Assembly (NCBI GenBank): GCA_000004985.1
Contig: GG738926.1
Length of the DNA stretch: 64,000 nt
Origin: Naegleria gruberi
Lineage: Eukaryota
Reading direction: 5' to 3' (one strand)
In this document: in pieces, positions 25,032 to 37,300 of the stretch
Numbering within the stretch: the stretch's first letter is position 1
How the letters are laid out: every line of letters starts with the position of its first letter
Made by a program: the position numbers and the translations under genes
The notes under the pieces: generated by a model
Databases searched by the model: none
What the model saw: only the letters and a program-made list of their open reading frames with translations
What the model was told of the DNA's origin: nothing

Positions 25032-26270
25032 TTAAATATCAGTAACAACACCATTACTCATTGAACTGATGGTACTTCTTGTATCTGAATCATCATCATT
25101 TTTTTTCTTTCTAAAACTGAATACAGTACTAACACTTCTCACACTCTTTGTTAAACTTCTTAAATAGGTTTTGGCATCAAAATTTCCTTGATTTGCTGCT
25201 TTTCTATACCATTCCAATGCAACCTTTTCAGATTTTTCAATTCCACCCACTCCTTTCAAATAGAAATTAGCCAATTCACATTGAGCTCTGTCATTTCCTT
25301 GTAGAGCTGATTTTTGGAACCATTCAAATGCCCTTGTTAAATCCTTCTTTACAATTCTATTACCATCTTTACAAAATAATCCTAATTTACATTGAGCATC
25401 TGCATCAGATTGTTGAGCTGCCTTTTCAAAACATTCTAATGCCTTCTCTAATGATGCTGTTGTACCCTTTCCTAATTCATACATTAATCCTAAATTGTAA
25501 AAAGCTTCTGGAACATTTTGCATTGAAGATTTTTCATAATATTCGAATGCAATTGAATAATTTGATTGAATTCCAGCAAATGTTGGAGAATTTGGAATTC
25601 CCTGTTCATATAAAACACCAATACTATATTGAGCATGAGCATGTCCTTGATCAGATGATTTCTTATACCATTCAAATGCTTTCTCTTGAGATTCTAATAG
25701 AAATTCACCTTCCTCATACATGATTCCAATTCTATATTGTGCATCTGAATTACCTTGGAGTGCTGATTTTTCAAACAACTCGACTGCCTTTTCTAAATTC
25801 CTTGAAATATTGGAATTTCCATTGTAATAAATTAGACCAAGATTATATTGAGCAGCTGAATGACCTTGTTGAGCATAATTTTGTTGCATTCTCATGTTGG
25901 TGGTCAATTGAGTTTTCAAATTTTCAAGATGAAACTCTTCACATATTTTACACATTTTACAATATGTGTAAAAAGTCATATCACTATCGTAAATACCATA
26001 TTTAAACCAATCTAAAATGTATGTAAAACATTTTGGGTCACAATCAATAAAATAAATTGGCGAATTGTCAAGAATTTGGTCTTGATTCATCACTTTGACA
26101 TTTGTCATAGATTGATGGATTGACTTTTGACTAGTTATCATTGAATTTAATAAATTATTTGGTTCTCTATTATTATTAAACGTAAAAGATGCAACCGACA
26201 TGAATTTACCACCAACATTTAAATTTACTATTTGGTCAACTAATTTTTCGTTATTTTCTTGCATTGCCAA
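25032..26270 (-). CDS. BTB/POZ (T1/KCTD-type) domain protein with about 8 Sel1-like (TPR-type) repeats
   Basis: N-terminal NVGGKFMSVASFTF...YFIDCDPKCFTYILDWFKYG (T1-type BTB). Repeated AQYxLGxxYxxG...EKAxEWYxKAAxQG Sel1 units. Confidence 0.7.
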   Translation of the reverse strand: MAMQENNEKLVDQIVNLNVGGKFMSVASFTFNNNREPNNLLNSMITSQKSIHQSMTNVKVMNQDQILDNSPIYFIDCDPKCFTYILDWFKYGIYDSDMTFYTYCKMCKICEEFHLENLKTQLTTNMRMQQNYAQQGHSAAQYNLGLIYYNGNSNISRNLEKAVELFEKSALQGNSDAQYRIGIMYEEGEFLLESQEKAFEWYKKSSDQGHAHAQYSIGVLYEQGIPNSPTFAGIQSNYSIAFEYYEKSSMQNVPEAFYNLGLMYELGKGTTASLEKALECFEKAAQQSDADAQCKLGLFCKDGNRIVKKDLTRAFEWFQKSALQGNDRAQCELANFYLKGVGGIEKSEKVALEWYRKAANQGNFDAKTYLRSLTKSVRSVSTVFSFRKKKNDDDSDTRSTISSMSNGVVTDI

Positions 26271-26551
26271 TTGTTAACAGTAATATATTAGAGCGGAGAT
26301 TGTGAATTGAAAGTTGAGTATTTTTTTTGTGATTTTCAAAATCATAATAAAAAACCTTCTTGGCACTACTTATTACCAAATAGGAAATTAAATTTTATTG
26401 GAGTGTCATGAAGGGTCCAAAATTTTGTTTCATTCTCATTAGGATGTTAAAAGATTTTTATGGAAAAATGTGAGAGGAATCGAAAGAATTCAGTAAGAAT
26501 TGGTTTAAGGCATTTGGCAGTTGACAAAAAAAGTAAAATAATTGAATGAGA

Positions 26552-29500
26552 TTATATTTGTTTCATTTCAACATTTGTAGCTGGCATTACATTTCCATTA
26601 CTCAAATTCTTATGTGAATATTTTCCTGATAATATTTTCACCACAATTGCAATAATAATGATCAGTAATAATAATAAGGGAATTAAGGAAAGAAATGCTA
26701 AATAAGCTAAATTATTAGAAGGTGTTGGTTCTGAAAGTGTTGTTTGTCTATCAACAAGGACATTTAATTTAGCTTCTTTCCACATTATAGGTTGCATTAA
26801 CATGACATTTGACTTGTCGTCATAAACAATCATTTTGGCAATTGCTTGAGTTTCATCTCCAAAACTCATTTCATGATAAATTATTCTATTCTGCACTGAT
26901 ATAGATCTATATAATTCCAAACTTTGATAATATGAAATTTTGATATAGCTCATCACATTCTTACTTGATTGGGGATGTGTGAAATAATTTTCTGGGAAAA
27001 GAGCTTCCAATCGAACAGTTTCTCTCAGTTTAGCAGACGAAACATTCCATCTCAGTATTATTTCATCACTGTTAAAACCTTTAAATTGACATTGTTGACC
27101 TACAAACGTTGGTTGACAAGAACAAGTTCCATTCAATTGACAATTTCCATTTCCTGAACAAACTTTTGAATCTGAAAATGAAATATTGTAACATGAATAT
27201 GGAATTGAACAATCTAGACCTGAATACATGACATTTGAACATTGACATTTGTTGTAATCGACACATATTCCATTTTGGGAACAAACAGCATTATCTGTTG
27301 CATTCAATCCAAAACAAATTGGAATTCTACATTCAGGACCTGTGTACATTGTGTCATTGAAGCATTTACATGTATCCACATCAATACATTTGCCATGTCC
27401 ACCACCACAAACATATGGATCATCACTGGACATATCAAAACAAACAATCTTTTCACAATTCACACCACTATATCCATGTTGACATTCACACATATCAAAA
27501 TCATAACATTGTCCATGTCCAGAACAAACACTTGAATTGGTTGAACTAATTCCAAAACAGGAAGGTGATTTTGGAAGTGCCAACTTTCTAAGATACATAT
27601 TATCTGCAATGAATAAATCACCATCTGCATTAATGGTCATAGTTTCAGGTCCTATCAATGTCGTATCTGTACCCAATTGATAATTCATTGTTGGATTGGA
27701 ACTTTGTCCATTTCCTGCTATGGTAATAATACTTCCATTGAGAAGAACTTTGAAAATTCTATAATTGTCTCTATCAGAAATGAAGATTTCTCCTTCATCA
27801 TTAACAACTACACTTGTAGGACTAATCAGATTCAAATAATATTGAGTAAACACATTTTCCGACTAAACTTACCTTTTAAGGGAAGCATCAATGGCCAAAA
27901 TTCCATCTTGAAAATCATCCAAAATCTCATTGGAAAATCTTGTTGGTTGTGGAGCAGGAGGTGAATAGATACCATTTCCTGCAACTGTTGTAATGGTACT
28001 ATCATTTGCTGAAATCTTTCTAATTCTTCCATTTCCAGTATCTTTTTCATATTCGAAACTTTGAACAGTTCAACAACTTACCTGCAATGTAAATATCACC
28101 AGTTGATCGATGATAAAATCCACCAGCTGGATTAGCCAACTTGGCATATTCTGGTAAACCATTATCACCACCATATCCAATTGAAGTTCCACAAAAATCT
28201 GAAATTATTCCACTTTGTAAATCAACTTTTCTAATTTTGGATGAACCACTCTCAACTATATAAATCATATTTGAATAATCACCAAAAACTTGAACTGGTC
28301 GATTTAACATGGCACTTGTTGCTGGTCCACCATTTCCTGAATTTCCCAAACGTGAAATGCCAGCAAATAATATTTGTTGACCTGTTGTCACATCCATTTT
28401 GTAAACATTATTGTAAAACACAACTGCATAATAAATATTACCAGAATCGTCAACAAATAACCCACGCGGAACATTAACCATCAAATTTCCACCAATATAA
28501 TCAATAAATTTCGTATACAATTGACGATCCCCAATTGAGTAATAAATCTTTCTTAATAATCCACCTTGCACATCACCAATATAAATATCCTGATGATTAT
28601 TAATCTTGGCTGATTTGGAATTTATAAATGGAAATATGTATTGACCATATGTGGCATCGATAGCTCTAATTCCATCACCTGATGAAAAAGAATGACCATT
28701 ACCAACATAGGTATCAATTATTTGAGTTGGAATGTTGATTCTTCTTACTCTCAATTGACCAGTATCTAAACAAATTAGTTTCGTATAACAAAATTCTATT
28801 AGAAATAAAGACATACCTCCAATATAGATAAATTGATCATCTTTCGAAATGTAAACATCTTGAGGAAGCATAAAAGAACTTGTCAATGCATTCATGTTAT
28901 CTCCATTGTAACCTTGTTGTCCATTTCCCGCCACAAATCTCAAATAACCATCTTTATCAATTTTCTTTACTTTTTCGTTTGAACTTTCCACCCAGAAAAC
29001 TTCGCCTTGTGAGTTTAGTTTAACTCTTCTTGGTGTGAAAAGTTTGGCAGTTGAAGCTAGGACATTTTGATCATCACCAAGTTTACCACTGATACCTGCT
29101 AGTGTTGAAATTATTCCATTAGAATCTATCTTTCTAATGAGATAACTATTTGTATCTGAAATAATATTCGAAATGTTGTGAATTTAAAAACTAACCTGCA
29201 ATGTAAACTTCATTCTTCTTCTCATCGACATAAACTCCCTGAGGCATTGCTAAGAAGATTTGAGTTGCCAAATTACCAGTGTTAACCAGTTTACCATTTC
29301 CAGCAATTGTGTAAATTTTCCCATTCGAAACTTTCTTAATCTTTGCATTTAAAGTATCACAAATGTAAATCTCTTCCTGTTGATTTACATAGATACTATC
29401 TGGTGTATTCAAGACAGCTCCAAGTGCAGAATCTCCATCCATAGAATCACCTACATTCGAATAAAATTAACATTCGTCCGTATATTTCTCTCAACAACTT

Positions 29501-29971
29501 ACCATTACCACTCTCACTTCCAGCAACTGTTTCCAAACTTCCATCATTCAACACCTTAACAACATAATTCTTCATTACAAAGTAAACAATTGGTGGTAAG
29601 TAAATACTCTTCTCTAAAACAAATATATGATTTGGTTCGTAGGGAGTTTTCATCAAGGTTGAAACGATTCCAATCTTGGAAACCTTTCGAATTCTTTTGG
29701 AGGTGTATTCAGCAATGTACATGGTACCATCAGATGTAACATGAATTCCACTTGGACTATTAACACATGTAGTATTACCATAATAACCATCTCCACAATT
29801 ATCTGTTCCACTAATTGTTGTTAGCATGTAATTATTATCACTACCATTGGACAATGAAATTAACATGGTTGCAATAACCAACAATAGAGATAATATGACA
29901 ATGATTGGCCATGATAATTTTCTTCTTCTTCTTGTTGAATAACAAGCATTTCGGATAAAAGAAACACTCAT
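26552..29971 (-). CDS. Multi-exon type-I membrane protein: signal peptide, NHL-repeat beta-propeller, EGF-like Cys repeats, C-terminal TM anchor. Introns at 29452..29503, 29156..29195 and 27822..27872; the junction near 28047-28076 is unresolved.
   Basis: N-terminal LSWPIIVILSLLLVIATMLISL signal. Repeated NHL signatures (IYIADxxNxRIRKVxxNGxIxTxAGNG). EGF-like CSGHGQCYDFDMCECQHGYSGVNCE repeats. TM segment LAFLSLIPLLLLLIIIIAIVV. GTAAGT/GTTAGT...AG introns of 40-52 nt restore continuous NHL repeats. Confidence 0.65.
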
Positions 29972-30275
29972 TTCTCTTTAATGTGAAAATGCAATATTAC
30001 ACACAGTTGTTCAGATGTTTTTTTGAGTTGAGTAACAATTAGGTTCTGAACAAAGATCTTTAAAAGTGTCTATTGGATTGAGTGCGCTTGTGGTTTCATC
30101 CATTTATCCAGCAATGTGAGCGAACCATTTCACTGAAACCTTTCATTTATGAAAGTCTATTTAGGTAAGTCAGGATTACATTTCATGTTTTTATCCGGTC
30201 GAGTACTTTACAGTTCTTGAAATTAAATGTTCATTCTTGTACTCAAACTAAAAAAGGTCATTTGTGAGTGAATAT

Positions 30276-31040
30276 TCAATTGAGTAATTCTTTTATTGAG
30301 ATTGAGGTACGAATTATTCTCCTTGTTGTTGGACTATTGGTTGAAAGAGTGTTGCTATGCATTACAAGAGTGGATGTTGTTGGTATTGATAATGTTTCAA
30401 TAAAATCTTGTGTAGTATTAGATACACAATTTGATGAAGTGGATGAGATTGGTGAATGACTTGATTGTCTCTTATTTACATATTTTGGGGTGGAATATTT
30501 TGAATGATGAGAAGGTGAAATGTTCTCAGCATTGAACAATGAATTAAGTGAGCTAGAGGAAGAACATGATAATGATGGTGAATTACAATGGGAAGGAGCA
30601 ACAATATTTGAATTGTTTAAAAGTACAGGAACAGCTGGAATAATATGAGTTGTGGAGCTTACTTTGGATGATAATGTAGCAGATACTACAGATGGTAAAT
30701 AGGAACAAGATAACAAGCTATTATTAGATGTAGCTTTCTTGTTCTTCTGCTTGGTAATTCCAGATGAGAGACGAATCTCACTCTCATAAGGATAACATTG
30801 AGTTTTTGCTTGTGAATAGGAAGAGTGGGAGGAAGCATTGAACATTTCAGTCTTGGTTATCATCATTTTCACAGACGAGCTGTTTGGATTCTTGGCTGGT
30901 CGTCCTCTCTTTCGTGGCATTTCAGGATTGGAAGATAAGGAAGATGATAAAGGATTGTTGTATTGTCCAACACAAGTATTGTGCTGCTTTGAAGGGGTAG
31001 CAAATTCAACGACGGAAAACTTGGTATAGCAACCAGGCAT
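30276..31040 (-). CDS. Family member D (dispersed, inverted copy): AT-hook (PRKRGRPAKNPNSS) protein ending ...TRRIIRTSISIKELLN
   Basis: MPGCYTKFSVVEFATP N-terminus, RGRPAKN, MITKTEM, CYPYESE, Ser-rich middle, conserved C-terminal tail. Same motif order as members A-C. Confidence 0.6.
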   Translation of the reverse strand: MPGCYTKFSVVEFATPSKQHNTCVGQYNNPLSSSLSSNPEMPRKRGRPAKNPNSSSVKMMITKTEMFNASSHSSYSQAKTQCYPYESEIRLSSGITKQKNKKATSNNSLLSCSYLPSVVSATLSSKVSSTTHIIPAVPVLLNNSNIVAPSHCNSPSLSCSSSSSLNSLFNAENISPSHHSKYSTPKYVNKRQSSHSPISSTSSNCVSNTTQDFIETLSIPTTSTLVMHSNTLSTNSPTTRRIIRTSISIKELLN

Positions 31041-31781
31041 TTGTGTCGATTTGTTTTTTTTTGGATTTGTCTTGTTGGTCTTCGTTAATTGGAATGAGTG
31101 ATATTTATACAGATTGGCAGCCTTAATAGTAAATATATAGATAGAGGGAGAGATTATTCTGCTGATGTGCTATAATAAATTGTACGAGAGTCAAGAATCA
31201 GGGACGACTTTTGGTTAGAGAGTTTCAATTAAGGATTAATGAGCTTGACTGCGAATGCGATGAGACTCCCTATAACGCCTTAATAGATTTGTTTAATGCC
31301 AAATAGGAAATGCATTTTTATGCTCAGCCATTTATGGTGGTGTATATGGCCATTCAGAGATAAGGCACAAACTGTACTTTCGGATGACGTAAGGAGGAAA
31401 ATTGGTCCATCTATGGCTTTGAATCTTTTGAATTTGCGTAGTAATTTAAATATTAAATGAACTACCATTTGTTCACTATGAATAATTCATTTAAGATTCG
31501 CTGTATAGATATGGATTCAAAACGCAAGACCGATAGATTGCATTTATAAATCTATATTTGAAGGTTTGCTCGCTCATCTGTTCTTACGATTGATTCTAAG
31601 TGTAAAGTTTGTTTCTGTGGCATCATCATTCATCTATCAATAACCATAAATTATACAATGGGTACAGTTTAAACCTTGGATGCGACCATTTCTACTATTC
31701 ATGAAGTTTCAATCCAAGGTTTGTTTCAAAACATGGAATGTTCCTTCGTTGATATCTCGATAGTTTCAAATGTAAGATTCA

Positions 31782-33440
31782 TTATTGTGAAACATTGGAG
31801 AGAGTACCGAGTGATCTTCTCTTCTTATTTTCATATTCCTTGTACCACATGCGATTCAATTTGGCATTTTCCTCAACTGCCCTAAAGTATTGGAAATGGT
31901 CATTAATTTGTGCTGGATCCATATTAACAGTTCCACCTCTAGTGTTTAAATGTAACAATTCTTCAAAACTCTGTTGTAATTGTTTGGATCTCTTCTTCCA
32001 AATTTTACCAAGTACCATATCTGAATCGAATGGAATGTGTAAATCAGTATAAACTGTATGGATGAAACGTGTTGATTTCTCACCAGTTCCAAAGAACATG
32101 TAATTGAAGAGAATTTCAGCATCAACTCTATGTTCCTTATTCTTTCTCAAATCTTCTTCAATTTTGCAAGTGTGGCCAATATTCATATAACAATTGACAC
32201 TTTCATCATAAATTGAAGTCATGGTGTGAGGTAAATCTCTATTCTTGAATAAACTCAAGTTCATTAAAATTCCCAATTCACCAATTTGAAGAGCCAGTGG
32301 TGGATGTTCAGTGGTGTAAATGTTATCTCTATGGTCGTATGCTAAATGATGTGATTTGAGCAAATCATTGGAAGTCTTATTACATGGTGAAATGTATTTC
32401 AATAATTTAAAATCATCCATTAAGGTGTTATCCAATTTGAAACGAGTATTCATATCACAATATGTTGTCCAAACATCTTTAACTGAATATGGCAGATGCA
32501 TTACAATCTTGAACAGTTTCATTCCCTTCATTCTATCCTGACCTATCGAATAGGATGTTTTTGAGACGAATGTTTGCAGTGGATTTGGCTTTTCATGATA
32601 GGAAAGTTCTTTCCAATCAGGTGTGTCTTCACTCAACGTATAGGCAAAGAAAATGTCCTTCTCTGTCATGAGTTGAGATTGAAAATCTTTTGGTTTGAAT
32701 CGAATATCAACATTGTAACCATTAGAAACATTAATGGCAATAGTTCTTGTGTAATCTTTACCCTTCTTTGATAAAAACTTGTGTAATGTAGCAGATCTTA
32801 CATATCTCGGAAATTGGTCATAACTGTTATTCATTAAATTATTATACATCATTGTAAATAAAATTGTAAACTATTTAACAACTCACCTCAAATCCAACAT
32901 TACTTGATATTCAACCTTTCCAAACAATGCATGTGGTTCCAAATAATCAATCATCAACATGACATAATATTCATAATGATTATTATTCGAATCATTAACC
33001 TTCTCCAAACAATTTGTTACATTCTCCCACATGTTCAATGTAGAATCAATTACAACCTGACTCAAATTCAATCCCTTCGGTCCATTGCCAAAATATGTAC
33101 TAATTATTTGCTTGGCAACACTCACTAGATGGAGCACCTTCTTTACACATTCATTCTCCTTCCTCTCAACACCACCATTAGAAACTACCAACAGATTATC
33201 TTTAGTCTTGTGATAATCCAACTTGTAATGATCGAGAGAATTGAGAAAGAGCAATGGTTCATCATTGTGTTGAAATCTGAGAAATTCTATAAAGTTTTCA
33301 CGTGCCTCTGGTGCTTTCATCACCTCCTCAAATACAACTGCATAGTGAGCAGGAATAAACTTTGACATTTTTTGTTGTCGTTTCGTTATCGACGTCGTGG
33401 TTATTAGAAGAAGATAATCTGCTGCATTTGATGGGTTCAC
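31782..33440 (-). CDS. Protein with an N-terminal RGS-like domain. Two exons (33440..32887 and 32823..31782) joined by a 63-nt GTGAGT...CAG intron.
   Basis: FEEVMKAPEARENFIEFLRFQHNDEPLLFLNSLDHYK resembles the RGS core. Splicing joins ...LDL|S|YDQFPRYV in frame. The C-terminal 350 aa have no domain I recognise. Confidence 0.5.
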
Positions 33441-34331
33441 TGAATTTTTGTTCTCTATTAGAAAGGTTAATCTCTAAATGGTGTATCCATTACAATCTAA
33501 TGATAATTTAGCTTCGCAAAATACAATAACAATATTTGACCATTAATATCCAGGTGTTTCTCTTTAGAATGTATGTCTCGTAAAGTCTTCAACACGATGA
33601 ATTGTGCTGTTAAGACGGCAGCAGTCTGGACATAAGATGATTTTTGGTTCTTAGATTGTAATGTATGAAATTCTCATGTAAATCTTAAAAAGGTTCGTGT
33701 CGGACCTGATTGGGTTATTCAGGTTTATCTTCGTGATAGAGATTACAATGAATTTGTTATCAAAAAAGACAAATATTAATTAAAATATTATTTGATGAGT
33801 AAGCTTCATCTCTGTTTGTTGCGGTTAAAGTTATCGTTAGTTTTTTTGATTAAATTTTTTAAAATAAAATAATTATTGAAAAAATTACTCTCCTTTCAAC
33901 ATGACACCATGGTTGGAGCAATGAAATTTTAGTAACAGTTTTTACAAAGACTTCCTTTAATTAAATTTTTCTTTGATTCAGCTCCGGTGTGTTTGTTGAT
34001 TAAATCTCTGCATGAAGAAAACCATCAACTAACGAAAACATTTACCAAACAATAATAAAAAATGTACAACATTTTCCTACTCTGTGTTGGCATTATTTCT
34101 TGATGAATTATTACACACTCTAAGGCTGATAGTTACATCTTATCGGAGGAAAGATATTTTGTTCATTATTCCTCACAACATTTAGCCAAGACAATGTAGT
34201 AACAAAAAACAATTTGTACCAACTCTCTCGATTGTTGAATATTCCAAGATGATTCACTGAAGTTTACCATCTTCTCAATGTCATCATCCATATTCACTGC
34301 CAACTATCAGCTGTAGAACTTTCAGAAAAAA

Positions 34332-37300
34332 ATGGTCATTCGTACAGAATCTTCAACGTCTCTGTCGAGTGTATTACACGAAACATCATCCACCAATGGA
34401 TCAGTTTCCAATAGCACATCTAGTAGTGCTTCTTCATCATCCTTCACAAATACAAGTAATACACTCAGATATGGTGATATTATTTCATTGGCTATTTACT
34501 TTAATCCAACCATTCAATCATCACAACAACAACAACAAACAATTTCATCATCATCCTTTGATAAATTAAATAATTCAATGATGGATATTTTACATGATAG
34601 AAATTCTACTACAACACCATCAACACCAACTTCCAACTCTCCATTTCCATCATCACCATCCGCACCTACTACCACTACAACAACAACAAGCCTTGAACAA
34701 ATTGTTGGGTTTTTATCGATAAAGGGTTTACCTGGTCATACAAGATGTGGTCTATCTGTTGATGAATCAATTTTAAAGTCTTTTGACAATTCATTGTTTA
34801 TGGTCTGTCAAGGAGATACTTATACAGCAAGAAAAAAGTTTAACAAATTTCAAAGTCATCTTCAAAGTTTACAAAATTCCAATAATAATGGTGCTGTCAA
34901 TCATGTTAATAGTACTAATAATTTGAATGCTAGTAGTTATAGTTTTGGATCTTCATTTAAAAATCAACAAGTTAATACTAATAACAAACAACAAGTAATG
35001 ATTAATAATTTAAATTATCAAAATCAGTTAAATGAATTGAAGGAACGTATGAATCGTGAAGATCAGGAAAATACAATTGAAAAGGAAAGATCGTGGGGTA
35101 AACCTATACTTTATGGTCAACGTATTCAATTGTATCATATCAAATCTGGCATGTATTTAAATGTACTGAGATCGAATGCTGATTTGGAAAAATCTTCATT
35201 GAAATTATCTTTGAGTGAAGGTGATAGAATGTGTCATTTTCAATTTGCTCCACACTTTAAATTCAGAACAGAAGGAGAACCAATTCGTTTGACTGATAAG
35301 GTTATTATTATGAATGAAAAAACCAAACATTCTGTTCACATTTCACACTACAAGTATGTGAGACCAATTATTGTTAGAGATTTTGATAGATATGAAGTGA
35401 ATGCTAGTAGTCATCCTGGTGATAATATTTGGATTTTAAGATTGTACAGATCATACCTTCCTATGGATCAATTATTTATCAAGGGAGGCGATACAATTCG
35501 TATTGTACATCGTGACTTGTTGGGTGCTCTCTATCATCCAACTCCTTCTATTGAGAATACATCTGCTACTGTAGTTTCAACACCAACAACATCTTCAGAC
35601 GAAAGTTGTTCACTCAACTTGAATGGTAAATATAGTAGCTCTAGTATTACTACTCTATTCCAAATTGAAGGTCTTGATAGTTCGAGAGGTGGAATCATGT
35701 ACTATGCAACTCCTTGTAGATTTAAACACGTTTCTACAGGTAAATATATTGCTGCTAAACAAGTCGAAGTTCCTGATATTGAAGGAAACTCAGGTTCTCT
35801 TATTGGAAATAGTAACAACAATACAGCAACTACTACTGGTGCCACCAATAATACTGCCACATCAACCAATACAGTAAGTGCAGCTAGAAGTGGTTGGAGA
35901 AATTTACGTCGTCGTGTTAAAATCAAATTGAAATTAGTCTTGACAGATAATCCTAGAGATGAAGCTAGTGTATTCTATTTGTACTCTTCCGAGAATTCTA
36001 ATCAATTCACAACTTCTGATCCAATTCTTGGCCAAAGTTTACTTCGTATCAAACATGCTCAATCCAATACATGGCTCAGAGCCAACGATTTGAGTAACAA
36101 GATTACTTTTAATAATAGCAATAACAATAGTAATAACTTGATGGAATTATGGTTTGACTTGATTCAAAGAGAAAAAGACGTATTTTCAATGGAACATGTT
36201 AATAATACTTTCCAAATTAACTTGATCAAGGAAATTTATCCAATTCTAACAAATTTTGATATTAATTCTCATTATCAAAGAAATGACATTGACATTTTGT
36301 TGAATGCTCTCAAGTTAGTCATTTATTTATGTACAGATTCGATACAAGAAGATCCATTGAAACGTGAAGGGTCTCCTCATACTGAAATTCAGAACCACTT
36401 TAAAGAAATGAATATTATTGATGCCATCTTTACAATTATAGATTTATTAGATAACAATAACAATGCTATCAAAATGACAAGCACCCCTAGAGACTCATCT
36501 CCAATGTTACGTCGTTCTAGTATGCTGACTGATAACAATGAAACAACTGTATATAGTACGAGATTTAATAGTATTCTTGTACAAATGTGCTACAGAGCCA
36601 TTAAGCAATTGGCTAAACAAAATATTGTCAACTGTACACATGTGCTAAATAAGTATTTTACAACCATGCAAGATCACTTGTCGAGAGACGTTGGAGGTCA
36701 AGAGGTTTCTAATGCTCTTGTTGAAATTATTCACAACAATATGGAAGTTTTGGAACAAATTCCTAGTGAGAAGATTAATCACTTTTTCAAATTGATTACC
36801 ACTAGACAAAAGAAACCACTTTTTGTTTCCTTTTTGTCTAATCTGTGTAGATGTGGAGAAAGACCGGTTACAAAGAATCAAAAACATCTTGTCATGCTTC
36901 TTTCTGAAATTGATTGTAGAAACGTTTTCTATCTTCCAGAATATGATGATAGAGATGGTAAAATTTATGTTTACTGCAATGATGTGGATTCTATTGAATC
37001 TGAATCTCAAGTAGCAATAGATGAAGGAGTTACAGTCATTGATGAAACCAAAAAGGCAGAGCGTATTCTCTTGTCGGAACTTTCATCATACAATAACCAA
37101 ATGTTTAGAATTTTAATAGAAGGACTAAGCTTGTTATCTTCTTTATGTGTTGGTAGACATTTGGCAGGTATTAACTATGTTTCTGAATTATTACCATTGG
37201 ACTTGGTTATGGGAGTTGTTGAAAACGAATCTTATGGTATTGAGTTGAGAAGTGCCATGTGTGAAATCTTAGAATACTGTTTCCTTGATAACACCTCAAC

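Noticed and set aside
27832-28050. 72-aa ORF MKKILEMEELERFQQ...
   Set aside because: It is the wrong frame of an NHL-repeat exon of the 26552..29971 gene; the +1 frame carries the real TVAGNG/RIRKI motifs.
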